DNA from: an uncultured Acidimicrobiales bacterium
Lineage (GTDB): Bacteria > Actinomycetota > Acidimicrobiia > Acidimicrobiales > SZUA-35
Length of the DNA: 64,000 bases
Assembly: GCA_963793385.1 (NCBI GenBank)
Contig: CAWCAF010000016.1
Span: 33,164 to 97,163, forward strand
Direction: 5' to 3'
Part shown: in pieces, positions 1-8,737 of the stretch
Layout of the letters: the number at the start of each line of letters is the position of its first letter
Position numbering within the stretch: the stretch's first letter is position 1
The notes under the pieces: generated by a model
Told to the model about the DNA's origin: nothing
Databases searched by the model: none
What the model saw: only the letters and a program-made list of their open reading frames with translations
Translations under genes and position numbers: made by a program

Positions 1-1804
1 GTCTGGTGAGGTTCACCACGACCGACGTACACGCCCTGGTTGCGGAGCAGCTTCCAGGCGAGCTGGTTGCCCGACTCGAGCGCGTCGACCGCTCGACCTC
101 CCTTGGCGGCAAGGTCATCGGCGTCGGCGAAGTCGATCGCCACGCGTACCTCGGAGCGAAGATCAGCCTCCGCCGGCGGCGCGATGGGCGGGGTTGTGCT
201 CCTCCGTGCGTCGGCCACGATCGACGCCAACCTGGCGGCGACCGTCGCATCGTCGGGTCCCCCGACGACCACCGCTCCTCGCAACGGAGCTTTCGTCTCC
301 AGCGCCGACGGCTTGACACGGCGGACCTGAGAATCAGCGCCCTGTTTCGAACCGTTCCCGTTGCTCACGATCCTCCCCGGGATGTACTCCTCGAGCACGA
401 TGTGGAAGTTGGTGCCACCGAACCCGAAGGCGCTGACACCTGCAGATCTGACCTGACCGTCGGCCGCCTTCCACTCCTGCAGTTCGGTGTTGGTGTAGAG
501 CGGAGAGTTCTCGAAATCGATGTTGGGGTTCGGCTTGGCAGCCCCCAACGACGGTGGAATCGTCTTGTGGTGGAGGGCCAAGGTCGCCTTCAACATGCCG
601 GCGGCACCGGCGGCACCTTTGAGATGGCCGATATTGGATTTCACCGAACCCAGCGGCACCGAGTGACGCGGTAGACCGAGATCGGAGAAGACACTGGTGA
701 GACTGTCGAACTCGACGACATCTCCGACCTTGGTGGACGTTCCGTGCCCTTCGACGTAGGTGGCGGTGTCGGGTGTGCGTCCCGAGTTCTCCCATGCCCG
801 CTCCGACGGCGAGCATCTGGCCGACCGGATTGGGGGCGGTGATGCCCTTGCCCCTGCCGTCGCTGGCGCCGCCGACACCACGGATGACCGCATAGATCCG
901 ATCCTTGTCCCGTTCGGCATCGGCCAGACGCTTGAGGAGCAGCACCGCAGCGCCCTCGCCCATGACGAAGCCGTCGGCCCCGTCGCCGTAGGGGCGGGTG
1001 CCCGAGGCCGAGAGGGCGCCGATCTTGCTGAACTTCACGAAGCTCGACGGGCTCATGTTGCCATCGACACCACCGGTCAGCACCGCGTCGTAGTCGCCTT
1101 GCTCCAGACCTTCGATCGCCGCATCGACCGCAGCCATGGCCGATGCGCAGGCGGCATCGACGACGAAGTTCGGCCCGTTGAAGTTGAACAGGTTGGCGAC
1201 ACGACCGGCGATGATGTTGGCCAGCTCACCGGGCATCGTGTCCTCTGTGATCTCGGGAAGGCGGCGGTGGACACCGGCGGTCCATTCGGCTGAGATCGCC
1301 TCTTTGGTCGCTGGGTCCAGGGCCGAGTAGGACGGTGCGTGGGCGAGCTCATCGGCGTACTCGGGGAAGAACACCCGCAATGCGGTCTTGTAGTGACGAT
1401 CGCCGGCCATGGCGTTACCGAACACGACCGCGGTCCGCTCGGCGTCCAGTGCCCGATCGGGGTAGCCGTAATCGATCAGCGCCTGGCGGGACGCGGCGAT
1501 GGCCCATTTCTGGGTGAGGTCCATCGAATCGCCGACCCTCGGCGGAACCGGAAGTCGCCATTCGAGCGGCGACCATTCCCAATCGCGGACCCATCCGCCG
1601 ATCCTCGAGTACGTCTTGTCCTCGGCCTGGCGGTCCTCGTCGTAGTAGAGGTTGAGATCCCAACGCTCCGAATCGACCTCGCTGATGCTGTAGCGGCCAT
1701 CGACCAGGTTCTGCCAGTAGGTCGGCGACGTCCGGGGCGTCGGGCAGGATTGCACCGACACCGACGATGGCGATTGCTCGCCCAGCTTGCTCAACCATTC
1801 TCAT
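1..1804 (-). CDS. Type I polyketide synthase, N-terminal ketosynthase domain (partial; continues past the left edge; frame breaks near ~1725 and ~800)
   Basis: Minus-strand translation gives 'AIAIVGVGAILPDAPDV' (ORF 1415..1804). It continues as 'YWQNLVDGRYSISEVDSERWDLNLYYDED...NFVVDAACASAMAAV' (ORF 334..1794; active-site Cys codon 1147-1149). After ~800, hand translation of a third frame gives 'YVEGHGTSTKVGD', 'GSVKSNIGHLKGAAG' and 'AFGFGGTNFHIVLEE', then a linker that reaches position 1. Confidence 0.88.
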
Positions 1805-1888
1805 CCTCTTGTTGTCAGTTGGTACCGCCGCATGGTGTTGTTCAGGTGTGTCAGGCGGCGACGCTGCCCACCCCGGTACCGGTGCCGC

Positions 1889-3608
1889 TCAGTTGGTACT
1901 TGCGTGGCTGTTGATCGCCGCGGCCACCACATCCATATCGGACAGAAGGCCGGCCTGGGCCCGGGCGATCGCCGAGGTGCCCGCGAGCACGGCGAGAGCG
2001 TCGGCGTCGACCGTCCCGGGGTCGGCGGCGCCGAGCACCCAGCGCACACCTTCGACCGCCACCTTGTTGGCCGCCTCGCGGGCGAACACCCGCGACATGA
2101 CCGCGAGTTCGTCAGCGTTGAATGTTGTCTCGGCCTTGTCGCTCAAGTTGCCCGGCGGCGGCGTTGGCAGCCCTCCGGGCGAACGACCCCGCACACTCGA
2201 CGAACGATGCGAGCTCACCTATGCGGAAGAGGAGATGCTGGTTCCGGGTCAGCCGCTGCAGGCGAGCCGTCTCCATGACCCCGGCGAGGGCACGGGCCGC
2301 CAGCGCCGCGACATCGGCGCCCACGGTGGGATTGGTCCTGGCCAGCTCGTCCAGCCGATCGGCGGCATCGAGGTAGAAGCGGCCCCGGCTCTTGAGGTGC
2401 TGTTGCCAGCGGTCCCGGCCGATGGTCATCTCCATGATCTCCGAGGTGCCCTCGTAGATCGTGGTGATGCGCACGTCGCGCTTGTACTTCTCGACCATGT
2501 ACTCCTTGGTGTAGCCGTAGCCGCCGTGTGCCTGAATGGCGGCGTCGGCCGCCGCGTTGCCCGCTTCGCTGGCCATGTACTTGGCGATCGCCCCCTCGGT
2601 GTTGAGCATCTCTTCGCCGTCGTCGATCCTGACGGCGGTCTCCTCGATGAACGACCGTGACGCTTCGAGCCGCACGGCGTGCGGCACGATCAGCTTGTGG
2701 GTGTACCCCTGCTTCTCCGACAGCGGGCCACCGGCCTGGATCCGCTCGGTCGAGTAGTCGATCGCACGTCGCAGCGCCGCCCAGCCGGCGCCGAGTCCGA
2801 ACGCAGCCACCATCAGCCGGGTGTAGCCGAAGACCGCCTGGGCCTGGACCAGCCCGAGCCCCTCGGCCTCACCGACCAGGCGGTCGACATCCGACCTCGA
2901 CGTCCTGAAGGCTCAGCGCCGACGGTGTTGCTGGCCCGGATCCCGTGCTTGTCCTCGGGCTTGCCCTTGCGTGAACCCCTCGGCATCGGCGTCGACCACG
3001 AACCAGGATGGGCCGCCGGGGGCCATGGCCAAGATCGTGTAGAGGTCGGCGTAGGCACCGTTGCTGATCCACTGCTTGTTACCGCTGATCCGGTAGGCGA
3101 CAACCTCGCCGTCGGACTCCACGGGCACCGCCACGGTCTTCAGCGATCCGAGATCGCTGCCGGCCTCGGGCTCGGTGGCACCGTAGGCCATCAGCGAACC
3201 CTCGTTGGCGAGTTGCGTCAACCACCGCTTGCGCTGTTCAGGCGTTCCCCCGAACACGATGGGGTCGCTCCCAAGGAAGGTTGCCAGCACGCCGGTAGCG
3301 ATGCCGACGTCGACCGCCGCCAGCAGCTCGCAGACCCGGTAGACATCGAAGGCGCCACCGCCCATCCCGCCGTACTCCTCGGGGATGAACAGCAGCGAGA
3401 TGCCGAGTTGGTCGCCGCACATCCCCCGCACGATCGCCTCGGGGAACTCGTCGGCTTCGTCGATCTCCAGAAGCTTGGCGTCGGGCAACTCACCCTCGGC
3501 AAACATGGTGACCGACTCCATCACCATCTCTAGGGTTTCGCGGTCGAGCCCGTCTGTCACTTCGGTTTCCCCCTCATGGGTTGCTGATTTCTGGTTCACC
3601 ATCGACAT
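1889..3608 (-). CDS. Acyl-CoA dehydrogenase, long (~570 aa) form; frame breaks near ~2900 and ~2150-2200
   Basis: Three collinear minus-strand ORFs (2913..3770, 2112..2813, 1889..2218) carry '[18 protein letters not shown]', 'GNKQWISNG' and '[34 protein letters not shown]'. Start assigned at 'MSMVNQ' (ATG complement 3606-3608). Confidence 0.85.
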
Positions 3609-3827
3609 CACGTCGAGTCGATCGCACGGGCCGCAAGACCCCGCGAAAAGCCTAGCCCCGGGCGTCGAACCGTTCGCACTCGAACGGAGCGATAATCGGA
3701 CCGCGGAAGAAGAATCGGCGACATCGCAGCTGCGGGACGATTCTCGGCGACACCTCGCGCCCGGTTCCACGGTGCGGGACGTTTGGCTCCGGTAGATTCT
3801 CGTCGCAGTATCAACACCGTGACCGAA

Positions 3828-3861
3828 CCGACGGTGTCATGGCATCCGACGGTGTCATGGC
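3828..3861. repeat. Tandem direct repeat, 2 x 16 nt 'CCGACGGTGTCATGGC' with a 2-nt spacer, in a divergent promoter region
   Basis: Read directly: unit 1 is 3828-3843 and unit 2 is 3846-3861. 'ACACCGT' (3814-3820) is the inverted complement of the 'ACGGTGT' inside each unit. The repeat lies between the ACAD start (3608, minus) and the VOC gene (3947, plus). Confidence 0.6.
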
Positions 3862-3946
3862 CGATCGACCCACGGACGTCTTTCCCGATGGGTCGGATGG
3901 CACGACGGGATGCAATCATGGGCGTTCGACACCATGAGGGAGCCCG

Positions 3947-4453
3947 ATGTCCACCAGACCCGAAGCGATGCCGAACGACACAGATGCCCGCGATCGACTT
4001 CCGAGGTGGGCGGGCATGAACCACCTGGCATTGATCACCAACGACCTGGACACGACCACGAGGTTCTGGCACGGGACCCTGGGGGCCCCGCTCGTCGCCA
4101 CGATCGGAACACCCGAGTTCCGCCACTACTTCTTCGACACCGGCAGTTCGTGCGTGGCATTCTTCGAATACCGAAACGAACCGAGCCAGACACTGGCCAA
4201 GCCGGCCGGTGTCCCCGACCCTCGGGCGATGGCATTCGACCACATGTCACTCAATATGCCCGATGAGGCGGCGGTACTCGAACTCAAGGCTCGACTCGAA
4301 GCCTCCGGTACCGAGGTGACCACCGTCATCGATCACGGACTGATGCACTCGATCTACTTCATGGACCCCAACGGAATCGCCCTCGAAGCGTCGTGGTGGA
4401 CCGACGATCCGACCAACGGTCAGTCCGACGACGCGGCATTTCGGCGATCCTGA
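3947..4453 (+). CDS. VOC (glyoxalase/bleomycin-resistance/dioxygenase) family protein
   Basis: Intact ORF with 'MNHLALITNDLDTTTRFWHGTLG...HYFFD...FDHMSLNMPDEAAVLELKARLE...HSIYFMDPNGIALE'. The true start may be the internal ATG at 4016. Confidence 0.8.
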   Translation: MSTRPEAMPNDTDARDRLPRWAGMNHLALITNDLDTTTRFWHGTLGAPLVATIGTPEFRHYFFDTGSSCVAFFEYRNEPSQTLAKPAGVPDPRAMAFDHMSLNMPDEAAVLELKARLEASGTEVTTVIDHGLMHSIYFMDPNGIALEASWWTDDPTNGQSDDAAFRRS

Positions 4454-4573
4454 CCCGGTGCCGGCCGTCGAAGAGATCAGGTCCGGAACGCTTCGTTCGG
4501 TGTCGACCCGGCTGATCGACGGACCGACAACCGATGTGGGTGATCTCTGGTACCTCCAACCCTCCGACCAATA

Positions 4574-4987
4574 GTGTGCCATCCCAAAGGAAGGGTCGAG
4601 GTCAGCCGTTCCATCGACGCCCCGGCCGCCCTGCTGTGGGAGCTCGTGACCCGGACCCGGGACTGGGCCGAGTGGGGGCCGACCGTCACCGCGGTCGAAG
4701 GACCCGAGAAGATCGTTGCCGGAGCTGTCGGCCGCCTCAGAACACCGGTCGGCCTCTGGCTGGACTTCGAGATCACCGACGTCGACGAGGGGCGATTCTG
4801 GGCCTGGCGGGTGGCGAACGTCAGCGCCACCACCCATCGGATCGAACCCGACGGTGAGGGCCGATCGACTGTCACCTTTTCGGCACCCTGGTGGGCGGCA
4901 CCATATGCCGGCGTCCTGTGGCTCGGCCTCCGCAAGCTCGACGAGCTCGCTCGAGAGCGCGTGGCATCAAGGCCGACCCGGGGCTGA
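4574..4987 (+). CDS. SRPBCC (polyketide cyclase/dehydrase-like) family protein
   Basis: Intact ORF with 'VEVSRSIDAPAALLWELVTRTRDWAEWGPTV...FEITDVDEGRFWAWRV', typical of small SRPBCC ligand-binding proteins. The start may be the GTG at 4598. Confidence 0.65.
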   Translation: MCHPKGRVEVSRSIDAPAALLWELVTRTRDWAEWGPTVTAVEGPEKIVAGAVGRLRTPVGLWLDFEITDVDEGRFWAWRVANVSATTHRIEPDGEGRSTVTFSAPWWAAPYAGVLWLGLRKLDELARERVASRPTRG

Positions 4988-5025
4988 CATCCGAAGTGCC
5001 TGATGCCGTGAGTGGCCGGTCGTGG

Positions 5026-5388
5026 TCAGGACGCCGACGGAGTGTCGTCCCGATGCTCGAGCCGAGCGGCCATTTGGCGCATCACCTCCAGGGCAAAAAA
5101 CGGGTTCCTTTTCACCAACCGAACGAAGGCCTGCTCGTCCAGCCGGGCGACGACGGCATCGGTCTTGGCGCGAGCGATGGCGCTGCGCACCCGCTTGCCC
5201 AGCATTCCCACCTCGCCGAAGAAGCCACCCTCGCTCACGGTCTCGCGCACCTCCCCGTCAAATATCATTTCCACCGAGCCCTCGACTACTCCGTAGAAGT
5301 GGCCAGCAGGATCACCGGCGGTGAACAGCGTGTCGCCGGCGGCAACACGCACCTTGTGAGGTTCGGAACGGAACAGGTTGACACTCAC
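5026..5388 (-). CDS. Single-domain cyclic-nucleotide-binding protein
   Basis: Intact 120-aa ORF with 'GDTLFTAGDPAGHFYGVVEGSVEM...GGFFGEVGMLGKRVRSAIARAKTDAVVARL', matching the cNMP-binding beta-barrel and phosphate-binding-cassette pattern. Confidence 0.75.
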   Translation of the reverse strand: MSVNLFRSEPHKVRVAAGDTLFTAGDPAGHFYGVVEGSVEMIFDGEVRETVSEGGFFGEVGMLGKRVRSAIARAKTDAVVARLDEQAFVRLVKRNPFFALEVMRQMAARLEHRDDTPSAS

Positions 5389-5555
5389 CGCAGATCCTCC
5401 AGGAGTCGGGCGACTCGCACAGCCTAGGGTCTAAGACGACCAGCGGAAAGCTGACCACGGTTTACTTCGTGGTCGGCACGCAATCTGACTCGACCGCCGG
5501 CTACGCGCCGGCCATGTGGGCCGTTCCTCGTGAGCGGTACCCCTAGACTCGGGAA

Positions 5556-6275
5556 ATGGATGGCGAAGTGACCCAGCCCGCTCGCTCGGCCGAGCTCGAG
5601 GCTCTGTTTCCCGACGTGGAGGGCATTGCGGTCTACGAATCCAATTCACTCCTGCAGGACGTGGCACCGCACCCCGACGAAGCCGCCTTCATCTCCAAGG
5701 CGGTGGAGAAACGCAGGGAGGAGTTCATCACCGGGCGGGCGTGTGCCCGTTCGGCGCTGTCCGCCTTGGGCATGGAACCTGTGCCCTTGCCGGTCGGCGA
5801 GGGGCGCCAACCCGAATGGCCCAGCAACATCACCGGATCGATCACCCACACCCGGCGCGACGGGCACGAGTTCATCGCAGCAGCGACAGCGTTCTCCGAC
5901 CGCGCCCCGCGACGCATCGGCATCGGCCTGGATGCCGAGGTGATCCAGCCGCTCAAGGACGGTGTTCGGGACATGTTGCTGACCCCTGATGAGATCGCTG
6001 CCGTGGAGGATTTGCCAGTCGATCAGCGGGAGACGGCGGCGATTACGGTGTTCAGCGCCAAGGAAGCCTTCTACAAAGCCCAGTACGCGATCACGGGGGC
6101 ATGGGTCGGCTTCGGCGACATGCATGTGCTCGGGCTCGCGGGATCGGGCACTCGCCAGCTCGCCCAGATCGGCGATCTCGAAGCACTCCGAGAGATCGAC
6201 TTCCCGGTCGACTGTCGTCAGATCGTCCGTAACGGCCTGGTGATCTCCGGTGTCACCGTGTGGACGCGGCTGTAG
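5556..6275 (+). CDS. 4'-phosphopantetheinyl transferase (EntD/Sfp type)
   Basis: Intact ORF with 'KRREEFITGRACARSAL...WPSNITGSITHT...IGIGLDAE...FSAKEAFYKA', the EntD-type PPTase motifs. Confidence 0.85.
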   Translation: MDGEVTQPARSAELEALFPDVEGIAVYESNSLLQDVAPHPDEAAFISKAVEKRREEFITGRACARSALSALGMEPVPLPVGEGRQPEWPSNITGSITHTRRDGHEFIAAATAFSDRAPRRIGIGLDAEVIQPLKDGVRDMLLTPDEIAAVEDLPVDQRETAAITVFSAKEAFYKAQYAITGAWVGFGDMHVLGLAGSGTRQLAQIGDLEALREIDFPVDCRQIVRNGLVISGVTVWTRL

Positions 6276-6298
6276 GCCCAGCCCAACAGAGGACATCT

Positions 6299-6337
6299 AT
6301 CCGTCGGGGCGGGCGTGATCATCTCACTCCGACGGAT
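6299..6337. terminator. Hairpin between convergent genes (possible bidirectional terminator)
   Basis: Perfect 9-bp inverted repeat ATCCGTCGG (6299-6307) / CCGACGGAT (6329-6337) with a 21-nt loop. It sits between the PPTase stop (6275) and the flippase stop (6449). There is no clear U-tract. Confidence 0.35.
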
Positions 6338-6448
6338 TCGGCGACGCGCAGCCGGCACTGGTCTTCGACACGACGACCAGCACGGGTTGGAACCTTGCCA
6401 CCGCTTGATTCTTCGCCACGTGGGACATCCTGGGCACGGCCCGAGGAG

Positions 6449-7774
6449 TCATGACGACGAGATCCTTCTGCGGATCCACAGGATCAGGCCGGCGAGCAGG
6501 AAGATCTCGCTGGCGTACGTTGCGAGGATCGCACCCGTGACTCCGTACGGACCGATCAGGGTCAGGTTGAGCGCAACGTTCAGCGCGCCGGCCCCGATGA
6601 TGAACCGGTTGCGTGTGCCCTGATGGCCGGCTCCGGTCAGCGCTTCTCCAGCGAGTAGTGCCGGCAAGTGGATCACGGGTACGAGGGCCATCAGGCGAAT
6701 GACCCCGATCGAATCGGAGTATCCCGCTCCCAATACGTCGTCGATCAGGGGTGCGATCGCGAAGAGGGCTGCACCCGCGGCGAGTGCGTAAGCGGTGACG
6801 GGTCGCATCAAATGCTTCGAGTAGGACCAGGTTCCAACGAGGCCCTTCTCGCCGCCCGTGGCGAAGAACCGAGGATAGGTGGCCGCCAGGAGGGCGTAGA
6901 GGGGTGCGGCCGCGAGTCCCAGAACCCGGTTGCCGGCGGAGTAGATACCGGTGGAGAACTCCGGGGTCGCGTCGAGGCGTATCAGCATCTGCTTGTCGAT
7001 ATCGCCGAGGACGACCCCGCTGGCCTGGGTGAGCGAGAACGGAGATCCATCTCGGCAGATCTGCACACTCGCCGCAACGGAGAATCTGGGCAGACCGATG
7101 ATCCTGGCTGCGGCGATCGAGCTCACCAGACCGGACCCGAGGCTGGCGGCCAGTGAGGCGACCGCCACGGCACGGAGCGTCGACAGGTCCAGGGCGAAGA
7201 AGGCGATCCCGAGGAAGCCGACCCGAAGCAGGGTCGCCCATACGGTCAGCGCCGCCGTCGTCGGGAAACGGTCCAGGGCAACAAGCGCCGATCCGGCCGG
7301 GCTCGTGGTGGCGATACCGATGAACTCGGCCAACGCGAGAATGAAGATGGTGCGGCCATCCATTCCCGGCACCGAGAGCCCCGCCAGGAGACCGAGGATC
7401 GCAGCGACGACCACCGAGAGGATCAGGCCCGGCACCAGCGCGGCACCCCATGCGTGCCGGGCGAGGGATGGATCCCGGCTCACCCGCTGAACGACGATGT
7501 GGAAGGTGCCCAGTGTAACGAAGGCACTGAGCAGCAGGAACAGCGCCATCGCAGCGGCGTAGAGCCCGTATTGTTCCTCGCCGAGGTAACGGGCCAGCAT
7601 CCAGAACACGATGATGGCGCCGACCGTGTGCGCGCCTCTCGCCAGGACGCTCCAGAAGGTGTCGTGGGTCAGCGAACGACGTTGGAGGACCGGCTCTTCT
7701 TCGTCGTCAGGCGTTGTGCCGGGTGGGAGCCCGGTTCGAGTGGTCAGCTCGTCGCCACCTGGTCGTGGATCCAT
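6449..7774 (-). CDS. Polysaccharide/oligosaccharide flippase (MOP superfamily, Wzx-like)
   Basis: Intact 441-aa ORF. It is strongly hydrophobic with many predicted TM segments ('WSVLARGAHTVGAIIVFWMLARYLGEEQYGLYAAAMALFLLLSAF...') and follows a sugar-nucleotide epimerase gene. Confidence 0.75.
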   Translation of the reverse strand: MDPRPGGDELTTRTGLPPGTTPDDEEEPVLQRRSLTHDTFWSVLARGAHTVGAIIVFWMLARYLGEEQYGLYAAAMALFLLLSAFVTLGTFHIVVQRVSRDPSLARHAWGAALVPGLILSVVVAAILGLLAGLSVPGMDGRTIFILALAEFIGIATTSPAGSALVALDRFPTTAALTVWATLLRVGFLGIAFFALDLSTLRAVAVASLAASLGSGLVSSIAAARIIGLPRFSVAASVQICRDGSPFSLTQASGVVLGDIDKQMLIRLDATPEFSTGIYSAGNRVLGLAAAPLYALLAATYPRFFATGGEKGLVGTWSYSKHLMRPVTAYALAAGAALFAIAPLIDDVLGAGYSDSIGVIRLMALVPVIHLPALLAGEALTGAGHQGTRNRFIIGAGALNVALNLTLIGPYGVTGAILATYASEIFLLAGLILWIRRRISSS

Positions 7775-8706
7775 GCGTAGGTTTTCTCCATGCCTTCACG
7801 CAGCGGGATCGACGGTTCCCATCCGAGGTGCTGCTGAATCAGAGTGTTGTCGCTGTTGCGTCCGCGCACACCCTGGGGAGCAGAAAGATCGTGGACCAGA
7901 TCGATCTTGACTCCGGCGATGTCAGCCACCATCTCGTAGAGGCCGTTGATCGTGACAAGCTCGGACGAGCCCACGTTGAGCGGAATGGTCACGTCGGAGT
8001 CCATCAACATGCGAGTGCCGGTCAGGCAGTCGTCGATGTACATGAACGATCGTGTCTGCAAGCCGTCGCCCCAGACCTCGATCGTGTGATCGCCGGTCAG
8101 TTTGGCGGCGGCGACCTTCCGGCACACGGCCGCAGGCGCCTTTTCGCGCCCGCCGGTCCAGGAGCCGTTCGGTCCGTACACGTTGTGATACCGGGCGGTG
8201 CGGAACTGTAGAGCGAAGTCCTCCATGAAATGGCGACCCATCCGCTCGGAGAACAGCTTCTCCCAACCGTATCCGTCCTCGGGGTCGGCGGGATAGGCGT
8301 CGCTCTCAGCCAGTGCGGTCACGTTCGGGTCGGATTGTTTGGAGCCGTTGTACACACACGCCGAGGATGCGTAGAAGACCCGTTCGACGTTCTTTGCCTG
8401 AGCTGCCATGAGAAGGTGGGTGTTGATCAGCACGCTGATCATGCAGGCCGCCTTGTTGTTCTCGATGAAACCCATACCGCCCATATCGCATGCGAGGTTG
8501 TAGATCCGGTCGACACCGTCGACAGCCTTGAGGCAGGCATCCTTCTCGGTCAGGTCGAGCACGAGGTTTTCGGCCGTACCGCTCTGCTGAAACCACTCCG
8601 CGGTCGGCTTGACATCGACACTCCGGACCTCGTGCCCCTCACCTTCCAAACGTTGAACCAGATGACCACCGATGAAGCCGCCACCGCCTGCTACCAGAAT
8701 CTTCAT
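7744..8706 (-). CDS. GDP-mannose 3,5-epimerase-like NAD-dependent epimerase
   Basis: Intact ORF with 'MKILVAGGGGFIGGHL'. It also has 'YASSACVY...AYPADPEDGYGWEKLFSE...RYHNVYGPNGSWTGGREKAPAAVCRK...EVWGDGLQTRSFMYIDDC...APQGVRGRNSDNTLIQQHLGWEP', which closely parallels the plant GME signature blocks (recalled, not searched). Confidence 0.8.
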   Translation of the reverse strand: MKILVAGGGGFIGGHLVQRLEGEGHEVRSVDVKPTAEWFQQSGTAENLVLDLTEKDACLKAVDGVDRIYNLACDMGGMGFIENNKAACMISVLINTHLLMAAQAKNVERVFYASSACVYNGSKQSDPNVTALAESDAYPADPEDGYGWEKLFSERMGRHFMEDFALQFRTARYHNVYGPNGSWTGGREKAPAAVCRKVAAAKLTGDHTIEVWGDGLQTRSFMYIDDCLTGTRMLMDSDVTIPLNVGSSELVTINGLYEMVADIAGVKIDLVHDLSAPQGVRGRNSDNTLIQQHLGWEPSIPLREGMEKTYAWIHDQVATS

Positions 8707-8737
8707 TGTTGTTTCTTCCTTCTTGCCGTCGAACTTG

